Source of the DNA: Mobula hypostoma
Taxonomy: Eukaryota
Direction of reading: 5' to 3'
DNA length: 64,000 nt
Assembly (NCBI RefSeq): GCF_963921235.1
Contig: NC_086097.1
Span: 121,584,001 to 121,648,000, forward strand
Shown piece by piece: positions 24,437 to 36,029 of this stretch (position 1 is its first letter; each line of letters begins with the position of its first letter). The position numbers and the translations under genes were made by a program. Below the pieces are notes generated by a model. It did no database searches. It was not told the DNA's origin and saw only the letters and a list, made by a program, of their open reading frames with translations.

Positions 24437-24732
24437 AACTGAAGGAAGAGTGAGTAAGGGATTTGAAAGCTGGAGGGGGAGGGGGAGATGCAAAATGATA
24501 GGAGAAGACAGGAGGGGGAGGGATAGAGCCGAGAGCTGGACAGGTGATAGGCAAAAGGGGATACGAGAGGATCATGGGACAGGAGGCCTAGGGAGAAAGA
24601 CGGTGGGGGGTGGGTGACCCAGAGGATGGGCAAGAGGTATATTCAGAGGGACAGAGGGAGAAAAAGGAGAGTGAGAGAAAGAATGTGTGCATAAAAATGA
24701 GTAACAGCTGGGGTACGAGGGGGAGGTGGGGC

Positions 24733-27183
24733 CTAGCGGAAGTTAGAGAAGTCAATGTTCATGCCATCAGGTTGGAGGCTACCCAGACGGAATATAAGGT
24801 GTTGTTCCTCCAACCTGAGTGTGGCTTCATCTTTACAGTAGAGGAGGCCGTGGATAGACATGTCAGAATGGGAATGGGATGTGGAATTAAAATGTGTGGC
24901 CACTGGGAGATCCTGCTTTCTCTGGCGGACAGAGCGTAGATGTTCAGCAAAGCGGTCTCCCAGTCCGCGTCGGGTCTCACCAATATATAAAAGGCCACAT
25001 CGGGAGCACCGGACGCAGTATATCACCCCAGTCGACTCACAGGTGAAGTGATGCCTCACCTGGAAGGACTGTTTGGGGCCCTGAATGGTGGTAAGGGAGG
25101 AAGTGTAAGGGCATGTGTAGCACTTGTTCCGCTTACACGGATAAGTGCCAGGAGGGAGATCAGTGGGGAGGGATGGGGGGGACGAATGGACAAGGGAGTT
25201 GTGTAGGGAGCGATCCCTGCGGAATGCAGAGAGAGGGGGGAGGGAAAGATGTGCTTAGTGGTGGGATCCCGTTGGAGGTGGCGGAAGTTACGGAGAATAA
25301 TATGTTGGACCTGGAGGCTGGTGGGGTGGTAGGTGAGGACCAGGGGAACCCTATTCCTAGTGGGGTGGTGGGAGGATGGAGTGAGAGCAGATGTACGTGA
25401 AATGGAGGAGATGCGTTTAAGAGCAGAGTTGATAGTGGAGGAAGGGAAGCCCCTTTCTTTAAAAAATGAAGACATCTCCCTCGTCCTAGAATGAAAAGCC
25501 TCATCCTGAGAGCAGATGCGGCGGAGACGGAGGAATTGCGAGAAGGGGATGGCGTTTTTGCAAGAGACAGGGTGAGAAGAGGAATAGTCCAGATAGCTGT
25601 GAGAGTCAGTAGGCTTATAGTAGATATCAGTGGATAAGCTGTCTCCAGAGACAGAGACAGAAAGATCTAGAAAGGGGAGGGAGGTGTCGGAAATAGACCA
25701 GGTAAACTTGAGGGCAGGGTGAAAGTTGGAGGCAAAGTTAATAAAGTCAACGAGTTCTGCATGCGTGCAGGAAGCAGCGCCAATGCAGTCGTCGATATAG
25801 CGAAGGAAAAGTGGGGGACAGATACCAGAATAGGCACGGAATATAGATTGTTCCACAAACCCAACAAAAAGGCAGGCATAGCTAGGACCCATACGGGTGC
25901 CCATAGCTACACCTTTAGTTTGGAGGAAATGGGAGGAGCAAAAGGAGAAATTATTAAGAGTAAGGACTAATTCCGCTAGACGGAGCAGAGTGGTGGTAGA
26001 GGGGAACTGATTAGGTCTGGAATCCAAAAAGAAGCGTAGGGCTTTGAGACCTTCCTGATGGGGGATGGAAGTATATAAGGACTGGACATCCATGGTGAAA
26101 ATAAAGCGGTGGGGGCCAGGGAACTTAAAATCATCGAAAAGTTTAAGAGCGTGAGAAGTGTCACGAACATAGGTCGGAAGGGATTGAACAAGGGGTGATA
26201 AAACAGTGTCGAGGTATGCAGAAACGAGTTCGGTGGGGCAGGAGCAAGCTGAGACAATAGGTCGGCCAGGACAGGCAGGTTTGTGGATCTTGGGTAGGAG
26301 GTAGAAACGGGAAGTGCGGGGTGTGGGAACTATAAGGTTGGTAGCAGTGGATGGGAGATCTCCTGAGCGGATAAAGTCGTTGATAGTGTGGGAGACAATG
26401 GCCTGGTGCTCCTTAGTGGGGTCACGATCGAGGGGTAAATAAGAGGAGGTATCCGCGAGTTGTCGCTGTGCCTCGGCAAGGTAGAGGTCAGTACGCCAGA
26501 CTACAACAGCACCCCCTTTATCAGCGGGTTTAATAATAAGGTTAGGATTAGTGCGGAGGGAGTGGAGAGCAGAGCGTTCCGAAGGAGTGAGGTTGGAATG
26601 GGGACAAGGTGCAGTGAAGTCGAGACGGTTGATGTCCCGTCGGCAGTTGGCAATAAAGAGATCCAGAGCAGGCAGAAGACCAGAGCGGGGTGTCCATAAA
26701 GAAGAGGAGGGTTGAAGACGGGAGAAGGGGTCATCGGTGGGGGTGGAAGAGTCCTTGCCGAAGAAGTAGGCTCGGAGACGGAGACGGCGGAAGAAAAGTT
26801 CCGCATCGTGGCGAACACGGAACTCGCTGAGGTGTGGGCGAAGGGGGACAAACGTGAGGCCCTTACTGAGAACAGAGCGTTCTGCCTCCGACAGTTGAAG
26901 GTCGGAGGGGATGGTAAAGACCCGGCACGGATGAGAGCTGGGATCAGAGGGGGGAGGGGGGAGGCTGGGGGTGTCAATGGAGAGGGGAGGGTTGGGGTGA
27001 GAGGAAGATGGAGCCTCTGAGGGCCCAGGAGTTGACGGTGGGATCTGAGGAAGATGGGGCTGCGGAGTGGTGGTGGGGGAAGGGGAGACGGGAGTCACAA
27101 CAGCAGCACATAAAGACCCGGCCTGGAGTTCAAGGCTGGAGTCGCAGTTGGTGGTTGCGTAATCATTTCGAATGTGTCCATGG
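24733..27183 (-). pseudogene. Penelope RT + GIY-YIG endonuclease ORF, 5'-truncated, with one frameshift at the G6 run 25235-25240
   Basis: PADKG, FYLLPKIHK, MDVQSLYT, GVAMG, RYIDD (RT); VIYCVRCSRCGLLYIGET (GIY-YIG); adding one C restores IFPSPPLSAFRRDRSL read-through. Confidence 0.9.
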
Positions 27184-27652
27184 TCCCAGTGGCCACACAT
27201 TTTAATTCCACATCCCATTCCCATTCTGACATGTCTATCCACGGCCTCCTCTACTGTAAAGATGTAGCCACACTCAGGTTGGAGGAACAACACCTTATAT
27301 TCCGTCTGGGTAGCCTCCAACCTGATGGCATGAACATTGACTTCTCTAACTTCCGCTAGGCCCCACCTCCCCCTCGTACCCCAGCTGTTACTCATTTTTA
27401 TGCACACATTCTTTCTCTCACTCTCCTTTTTCTCCCTCTGTCCCTCTGAATATACCTCTTGCCCATCCTCTGGGTCACCCCCCCCCTGTCTTTCTCCGTA
27501 GGCCTCCTGTCCCATGATCCTCTCGTATCCCCTTTTGCCTATCACCTGTCCAGCTCTCGGCTCTATCCCTCCCCCTCCTGTCTTCTCCTATCATTTTGCA
27601 TCTCCCCCTCCCCCTCCAGCTTTCAAATCCCTTACTCACTCTTCCTTCAGTT

Positions 27653-27688
27653 AGTCCTGACGAAGGGTCTCGGCCTGAAACGTCGACT
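27653..27688 (+). ncRNA. Minimal type I hammerhead ribozyme (PLE-associated)
   Basis: AGTC-CTGACGA-AGGGTCTCGGCCT-GAAA-CGTC-GACT. Confidence 0.8.
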
Positions 27689-29456
27689 GCGCCTTTTCCT
27701 ATAGATGCTGCTTGGCCTGCTGCGTTCACCAGCAACTTTGATGTATGTTGCTTGAATTTCCAGCATCTGCAGAATTCCTGTTGTTTACCTTTATAAAAAG
27801 TTTTTTTTGTAGTGTCTGCAGTGCAGTGACAAGGATAATGGGGGTGGGGGGGTGGGGGGGAGAACTAACCGGAATGGTTGATCAGATTAACTGCCTAGGG
27901 AAAGAAAATTTTAGGATGGCGTAATTTTTGTTTTAATAGCCCTATAGAGCTTTCGGAGGAGGCAATCTGCAGGGTGGGTTGTGTCCGCAGTGATTTTTTC
28001 CGCCAGCTTCTTTGTCCTGAACACAGACAGATCTTGCAATGATGGAGCTGTGTTGATTAACAGACTGGACAAGACCGTCAGTGAACCATATGAATTTTCA
28101 CAAAATATTCTTGGATGCATTTTGTTCCAACTTCACATTTTGAGACTTTAAATTGTAATTCAGTTTAAACTTGTGCCTTGGAATTTTAGTTTAGATCTCT
28201 AATCACTGTCCATTAACATAATGATGATGCTACCATTAGATGGCAAATAATTACTGGTATTTTATTCAGTAATTAGGTAAGGTAAGTCATTCCAGGGGGA
28301 GTCTTTTTAATAAAATAGTACTAAAATTAATGAAATCGTGTAAGTAAGTGATAAACATTTTAAATAGGTGGATTATTTCTCTGGGAATGGAAAGTTGAGT
28401 TCTCATTGAAAACAGAATACATACATTTGTATGAATTAATTTGAGTATAAGATCACAAAGTTGTGTGCTTCAAAATGAATTGTGTAGTCAACGTACTATA
28501 TATGTTAAAGATTAGCTTTTTTGTCAAATGTACATGTATCGGAACGCGTCGTTTACACCTAGTCATCAAGGCTTGTTCTGGGGACAGCCTGCAGGTATCG
28601 CCGTGCTGGCACCAACATGACGTGCCCATAGCTCACTCATCCCAGCCGTGCACCTTTGGAATGTGGGAGGAAACTGGAGTACCTGAGGAAACATACAAAC
28701 TTCTTACAGACGGTGACAGGAATTGAACCCTGATAAAATTAGCTGGTGGAGTAATAGCATTACACTAACCACTACTCCACCGTGTCACCCCTACGAATTT
28801 GGTATCATTAAGATAAGGCTAATGGACTGAACAATACAGTCTTTACAATTTGTGAAGACAACAGCAGGCAAAATGACTATCTATGAAGCTTAAGTAATGA
28901 GGTTGTAAATATACACTCAGACCACTTTATTAGGTACACCTGTACACATCGTTAATGCAAATATCTAATCAGCCAATTGTGTGGCAGCAACTCAATGCAT
29001 AAAAGTATGCAGACATGGTCAAGCGATTCAGTTGTTGTTCAAACCGAACCTCAGAATAGGGAAGAAATGTGATCTAAGTGACTTTGATCATAGTATCATT
29101 GGTACTAGACGGGATGATTTGAGCATCAGAAACTGCTGATCTCCTGGGATTTTCATGCACAACAGTCTGTAGAGTTTACACAGAATGATGTGACAAACAA
29201 AAAACATCCAATGAACTGCAACTGTATGGGCAAAAATGCCTTGTTAATGAGGGAGGTCAGAGGAGAACGGCCAGACTGGTTCAAGCTGACAGGAAGGCAA
29301 CTGTAACTCAGATGACCACGCGTTACAACAGTGATATGCAGAAAAGCATCTCTGAACGCACAACACATCGAACCTTAAATTTGATTGGCTATAGCAGCAG
29401 AAGATCATGAACATACACTCAATGGCCACTTTATTAGATACCTCATGTCTCTAGAA

Positions 29457-29536
29457 CAGGAGTTCCCAGTCTTGGGTCCAGAGACTCCTCGGTTAATGGT
29501 TAGAGTCCATTGCATAAAAAAGGTTGAGAATCCCTG
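29457..29536. mobile_element. 80-bp hAT-Charlie-type MITE
   Basis: CAGGAGTTCCC...GAGAATCCCTG termini; imperfect 8-bp TSD ctctagaa/ctctggag. Confidence 0.65.
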
Positions 29537-29551
29537 CTCTGGAGTTTACAG

Positions 29552-30674
29552 TGTTACGTACCCCGTGACGAGTTAAAGAACCAGCAGAAATGGAAAACAC
29601 TATTGCTAGTAACTAATGGTATTTATTAGTAACTACGCAATACAGTAATATAACTGCAGATAAATTAAACAGATTAGCAATGATTATATATAAGAAAGTA
29701 TATTGGTTAGTGTGGAAATATATATATAAAAACCAAGCTTCTTCAAGTCTAGGAGTAAATAGATAGTCTTACAATGATGACATTCATTGAAAACAGAGGT
29801 GCAGAGAAATTTCTTTAGCCAAAGGGTGGTGAATTTGTGGAATTTGTTGCTACAGGGAGCTGTGGAGACCAGATCATTGGGTATATTTAAGGCAGAGATG
29901 GTCAAGTCCTTGACTGGACATGGCATCAAAGGTTACGGAAATGGGGTTGAGGAGGAGAAAAAAAAGGATCAGTCATGATTGAATGGTGGAGCAGACTTGA
30001 TGGGCCAAATGGCCTAATTCTGCTTATATATCTTATGATCTTATGAGTAAAGTTCAGTTCAGTTCGTGGTATTGAGTTGAGTAGTGATGGAGAGAGAGAG
30101 AGAGGGAGAGATTTGAGTCTTCAGGTGAGCTGACGCCGTCGATTTTCCCATTGTCCTCCGAAATCCTTTAGAAGTCACCGACTGTGACCATAACAAAAGA
30201 GGACTGTTCTTCTGTGGTGGAGGTATCAACCCAGGTGAGGGTTGGACACAAAAAATACCTCCCCACCAGTGACACCTTCTCCAGACTGCGAGAGCCACTG
30301 ATCGATCCTCCAAAACCCACTTTTTTGTGGGCACAACAAAGCTCAGCCAGTGTCCAAAACCATGTGTCTCAGGTCTATCATCTGACCTTCTATTTATCTC
30401 CCCGTGCTGAATACCAATTGTCATTCAAACAGCTCCTTCTTTCTCTCTCTCTAAGAATTTCCAAGCAGGCAGCGACCTTGTAGAAATGTAAACATACTGT
30501 GAGCAGTCTTCGTCTCTGTCTCTGTCTCTCTCTCTCTCTTTCTCTGTCTCTGTCTCACAAAAACAAAATGTCGGTGTTAAATAACTCTCTCTCTCCCTCT
30601 CTCTCTCTCTTCAAAGCACAGTTCATAGGGGTAATCGAGCACAGTTCATGGGGGTAATTCAGGACCCTGTCACA
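29552..30674 (-). mobile_element. Solo LTR related to the Gmr1-like family, containing a CR1 3' fragment (~29783-30044, +)
   Basis: TG...CA ends, 4-bp TSD ACAG; begins tgttacgtaccccgt, the reverse complement of the young LTR 3' end. Confidence 0.8.
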
Positions 30675-31082
30675 ACAGAGGATGGTACAAGTAAATAGGA
30701 GACATCCAGTGAGCAGCAGCTGTGTGGGCAAAAAGGCCTTGTTAATGAGAGAGGTCAGAGGAGAATGTCCAAAGTGGTTTAAGCTGAGAGGAAGGTGACA
30801 GCAACTCAAATAATCACGTGTTTAGAGCATCTCTAAAATGTGCAGAAGAGCATCTCTGAATGACCAAGACACGTCAAATCTTGAAGTAGATAGGCTACAG
30901 CTGGAGGAGAGCACACCAGGTTCCACTCCTGTACCTAATAAAGTGGCCACTGAGCGTACATTAACTGTATTTATACAATTGGCAAAATCTTGTTTCTTGT
31001 ATAATCCTAAATCACTCAAAAGTAAAAAGCTACATTTATAGATGGCTTTGATATCTAGTGATGTTTCATTTTCTTTCAACAG

Positions 31083-31171
31083 ATGCTGAGTCACTGCAGT
31101 ACTGGAGAGCATCATCCAGCCTGTCAAATCACAGTCAGCTGTCATGTTTTCCATCAACATCAAGCACTGTG
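31083..31171 (+). CDS. RTTN: Rotatin exon (window exon 4): (D)AESLQYWRASSSLSNHSQLSCFPSTSSTV
   Basis: tttctttcaacag acceptor, phase 1/0, 89 nt, weak gtgtgt donor; WRA...ST..TV resembles rotatin and the phases bridge exons 3 and 5. Confidence 0.8.
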
Positions 31172-31996
31172 GTGTGTAACAAATCAACGAATGTAAAAAT
31201 ATTTCAGAACAAGTTTACTTGATTCTTCCCGCCAGAATTTTTAGGAAGTATTTCTATGTCTACAGAAATGATTTTTCTGTGTTAATATTGGATTTGCACA
31301 CTTCAAGACATAAGATCATGAGGGAGTTTCAATGTACAATGAAAGCGTTTACTCACTGAACCCTAGTTTATTTTGTATTTCTAATGCTTAATTTAGATTG
31401 GAAAATTGGGAAACCAAAAATTTTAATGCATCAAATTTTAATGGTCATGTTCTACACAGTTAAATTTTGAGAAAATTATTTTGTTAAAGAAAATTGGAAA
31501 TTAGTAGCAACGACTACAAAATCCATTATTTCTGTTCATTGACCTTCTGACATTGAATGGATGCTGGTACTGGATACATGCAGTCCTGTCCAGTTCTTTG
31601 TATGTTATGCTACTTCCATGGCTTTTCATCACACAGATGGCCAGCGGCTGCTCCAGGCAAGTCATGCAGAAGAAGGCATTTATTAGAGGTGGGTCTCTAG
31701 CTCTGTAGTTCAGTGCTAGGATTCCACCTTGCCTTCATGCTTGTCTCTCATGGTATCAACACCTTTCCCATACCTTCCCATATCCCTACAAACTGCCTGA
31801 TCGTCCCAATGCCAGATTTCAATTCACTCGGACAAATCACTGAATACTTCACCAATCACCATCACATTGAGATATCTTTCCATGAGCAAAATAATTTCTA
31901 GGCCAATTTAAATGGAAAGACAAATGTAGGTAATGATATTAATATTTTCACAGTATTAAGTGTTGCTTTATGTTTCCCGTTTGGTGAAATTTCCAG

Positions 31997-32114
31997 ATTT
32001 TGCCAGCCTCATCTTTGTCCATTGCTGAATCTGAGTTCCATGGACTACTTCAGGCATCAGCAGTATCTCCCATTCTTGTTCCTGAATCTCCCATCAACAG
32101 GTTGACAGCTCAAG
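31997..32114 (+). CDS. RTTN: Rotatin exon (window exon 5): ILPASSLSIAESEFHGLLQASAVSPILVPESPINRLTAQ(G)
   Basis: atttccag acceptor, aag|gtaggt donor, 118 nt, phase 0/1; the EF..L.Q...PE.....AQG pattern resembles rotatin. Confidence 0.82.
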
Positions 32115-33760
32115 GTAGGTTAAAATTCTCCCATTTTACAGAAAATAGAACATGAAAGACAGGAGGTATGCATTAGACCCAATCAGTTCAGGTATCCAAG
32201 TTGGAAGATCTGATCTTCCAATTAGTGCCATCTTCGGTCACCTGAGAACCATAATATTTACCCATATTCCTCCAGCACCAGCACTGGATGTTCCTATCTA
32301 CTGATCGGACAAACTCACCAATGATAATTGCTCTCTGTATTGATTACCTGGGAAGGCATTTCAACATTCTCTTCATAGAAACATAGAAAACCTATAGCAC
32401 AATACAGGCCCTTTCGCCCACAAAGCTGTGCGAAACATGTCCTTACTTGAGAAGTTACCTAGGGTTACCCATAGCCCTCTATGTTTCTGAACTCCATATA
32501 ACTGTCCAGGAGTCTCATAAAAGACCCTGTCGTATCCGCTTCCATCACCGTCACTGGCAGCCCATTCCACGCACTCACCACTCTCTGCGTTTTTAAAAAA
32601 ATATCACCCCTGTCATCTCCTCTGTACCTACTTCCAAGCATTTTAAAACTGTGCCCTCTCATGCTAGCCATTTCAGCCCTGGGAAAAAGCCTCTGACTAT
32701 CCACACAATCTATGTCTTTCATCATCTTACACACCTCTATCGGGTCACCTCTCATCCTCCGTCGCTCCAAGGAAAAAAGGCCGAGTTAACTCAACCTATG
32801 CTCATTAGGCATGCTCCCCAATCGAGGTAACATCCTTGGAAATCTCCTCTGCACCCTTTCTATGGTTTCCATATCCTTCCTTATAGTGAGATGACCGTCT
32901 GACCAGGGTGCTATATAGCTGCAACATTACCTCTCGGCTCCTAAACTCAATCCCACAATTGATGAAGGCCAATGCACCGTATGCATTCTTAACCACAGAG
33001 TCAACCTGCGCAACAGCTTTGAGTGTCCTGTGGACTGGGACCCAAGATCCCTCTGACCCTCCACACTGCCAAGAGTCTTATCATTGATACTGATACTATA
33101 TTCTGCCATCATATTTGACCTACCAAAATGATCTACCTCACACTTTTCTGGGTTGAACTCCATCTGCCGCTTCTCAGCCCAGTTTTGCATCCTATCAAAG
33201 GCCCACTGTAACCTCTGACAGCCCTCCACACTATCCACAACACCCCCAACCTTTGTGTCATCAGCAAATTTACTAACTCATCCATCCACTTCTTCGTCCA
33301 GGTCATTTATAAAAATCACGAAGAGTAGGGGTCCAAGAACAGATCCCTGAGGCACACCACTGGTGACCGACCTCCATGCAGAATATGACCCATCTACAGC
33401 CACTCTTTGCCTTCTGTGGGCAAGCCAGTTCTGGATCCACAGAGCAATTTCTCCTTGGATCCCATGCCTCCTTACTTTCTCAATAAGCCTTCCATGGGGT
33501 ACCTTGTCAAATGCCTTGCTGAAATCCATTTACACATCTACTGCTCCATCAATGTGTTTTGTCACATCTTCAAAAAATTCAGTTAGGCTTATAGGGCACG
33601 ACCTGCCTTTCACAAAGCCATGCTGACTATTCCTAATCATATTATGCCTCTCCAAATGTTCATAAATCCTGCTTCTCAGGATCTTCTCCATCAACTTACC
33701 AACCACTGAAGTAAGACTTGCTGATCTATAATTTCCTGGGCTATCACTACTCCCTTTCTT

Positions 33761-34288
33761 TTAGATTATGAAGACACGTAGTCCTCTTTTATTGTCATTT
33801 AGTAATGCATGCATTAAGAAATGATACAATATTTCCTCCCCTGTGATACAACAAAACACAGGACAGACCAAGACTGAAAAAACTGACAAAACCTCATAAT
33901 TATAACATATAGTTACAACAGTGCAACAATACCATAACTTGATGAAGAACAGTCCATGAGCACAGTAAAGTTCAAAGTCTCCCAAATGTCCCACATCTCA
34001 CGCAGACGGAAAGAAGGAAAAAAAACTCTCCCTGCCATACTCGACCACAGTCCGACTCTAAGTCATCCGAAAACTTAGAGCTCTGATCAGCTCTCCGACA
34101 CCGAATACTGAGCACCATCACTATCCGAACGATTTGACCTCCTTCTCTGTCGCCAACAGCTGGCAAAGCCGGGGATTTTGAGGCCTACCCTCTGGAAGAT
34201 TCCCGACCGCGCAGTAACGACAGCAGCAAACGAGCGTTTCAGAAATTTTTCCAGATGTTCCTCTGTGCTTTCACGTCCATCTTCATCA
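33761..34288 (-). mobile_element. Non-coding retroposon fragment inserted in CR1
   Basis: 6-bp TSD tttctt; on the - strand it ends ...gacaataaaaagaggactacgtgtcttcataatctaa; the CR1 sequence is continuous across it. Confidence 0.65.
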
Positions 34289-35136
34289 TTTCTTGAATAA
34301 AGGAACAATATCCGCAACTCTCCAATCCTCCGGAACCTCTCCCGTCCCCATTGATGATGCAAAGATCATCGCCAGAGGCTCAACAATCTCCTCCCACAGT
34401 AGCCTGGGGTAGATCTCATCCGGTCCCAGTGACGTATCCAACTTGATGCTTTCCATAAGGTCCTGCACATTCTCTTTCTTAATATCTATATGCTTAAGCT
34501 TTTCAGTCTGCTGTAAATCATCCCTAATATCTCCAAGATCCTTTTCCATAGTGAATACTGAACAAAGTACCAAGTACTCATTACGTACCTCTGCTATTTC
34601 CTCCAGTTCCATACACACTTTTCCACTGTCATACTTGATAGGTCCTGTTCTCTCACATCTTATCCTCTTTCTCTTCACATACTTGTAGAATGCCTTGGGG
34701 TTTTCCTTAATCTTGTCCGCCAAGACCTTCTCGTGGCCCCTTCTGGCTCTCCTTATTTCTTTCTTAAGCTCCTTCCTGCTAACCTTATAATCTTCTAGAT
34801 CTCTATCATTATCTAGCTTTTTGAACCTTTCATAAGCTCTTTGTTTCTTCTTGACTGGATTTACAACAGCCTTTGTACACCACGGTTCCTTTCCCTGTCT
34901 CATTGGAACGTACCGATGTAGAACTCCACGCAAATATCTCCTGAACATTTGCTACATTTCTTCCGTACATTTCCCTGAGAACATCTTTTCCCAATTTATA
35001 CTTCCAAGCTCCCGCCTGATAGCATCATATTTCCCCTTACTCCAGTTAAATGCTTTCCTTACTTATCTGTTCCAATCCCTCTTCAATGCTATGGTGAAGG
35101 AGATAGAATTGTGATCACCATCTCCAAAATGCTCTC

Positions 35137-36029
35137 TGTTACTGGGTTGCCAAACCAGCAGAAATGGATCACTCAGTTGGAGTCTGGATTACTAGAACTA
35201 AGAAAGTTTTATTAAAGAAACAAGCAACACAGTACTCTAATCAAAAGGATAATAAATGCAACAGTTCAGCAATGATAAACACACATGTAAACAGAATTAG
35301 GATAACAGGATCAATCAAGCTCTATTGTCGTCTAGGGGTAAATGACCAGTTTCAAAGTGACGCAAAGTTCAGTTCAATTGAGTTCAGTTCAGTTCACAGT
35401 AATCACTGCCGTGGGAGATGGACAGTGGGGGGGAAGGAGAGAGAGAGAGCAAAAACAAATGAATATTCAAACGGCTTCCACACAGACCTTCAATATTCTT
35501 TGCAGTCAGCTTTCGGGCGAGCCCTTTGTGATGTCTTCTGAGGTCACCGACCGTGACCCCTCCGTTTCCAGATACGATCGTTTCTCTGCGGTGAACCTGG
35601 CACCCAGGCAAGGGCGGACACACACCAGGTTCCCGCCGATCGTACCTTTCCACCCTGTGCGTCTATGGCTTGGTCCCGCGACCAGCCCTACAAAACTTCC
35701 CACCGACTTGTGGGAGACGAACCGCTTCCAGGGTCTCGTTACCTCGGGGTGTCGTGTTTGTCTGCCTTAGCGAACCTGTCCCTTTTTATCCCCCTGCTGG
35801 GGTATCGCCTGTCCATCACTTCAAACAGTTCAGGGTTCAAAGGGGGGGGGCAATCTTGACAGCTCTCCTTCCGTTAAACTCTCCCATCCCTTCATTAACA
35901 TCTCCAAATGCTGCTCCATTGTTTTCCTTATCTTTCTTTCTCCTGAAGACAGGTGGCAGACCAACTGCTGATCCCACTGGTGCCAGCACAGGACAGTTAA
36001 CATCTTAATCTATGTGTACTCTCGTCACA
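35137..36029 (-). mobile_element. Solo LTR, diverged relative of the 878-bp LTR
   Basis: Long reverse-complement similarity to 14396-15273; TSD tctc/tctt; short deletion near its 3' terminus. Confidence 0.9.

Larger units (their letters stand above)
24339..27786 (-). mobile_element. Penelope-like retroelement, 5'-truncated, with inverted pseudo-LTR
   Basis: RT and GIY-YIG on the - strand; inverted arms 24339-24908 and 27184-27750 plus a 36-nt tail (27751-27786); 13-bp TSD ACCTTTATAAAAA (24326-24338; 27787-27799). Confidence 0.95.
28913..30958 (+). mobile_element. Tc1/mariner-type MITE sequence (tandem units) interrupted by a hAT MITE and a solo LTR
   Basis: cactcag..ccactttattagg at 28915 and 29416; inverted end aataaagtggccactgagcg|TA at ~30956; the MITE sequence resumes after 30678. 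Confidence 0.7.

Noticed and set aside
27184..27545. N-terminal ~120 aa of the 829-aa ORF 25056..27545
   Set aside because: It is the antisense reading of the inverted pseudo-LTR fused by chance to the truncated RT frame, not a real N-terminus
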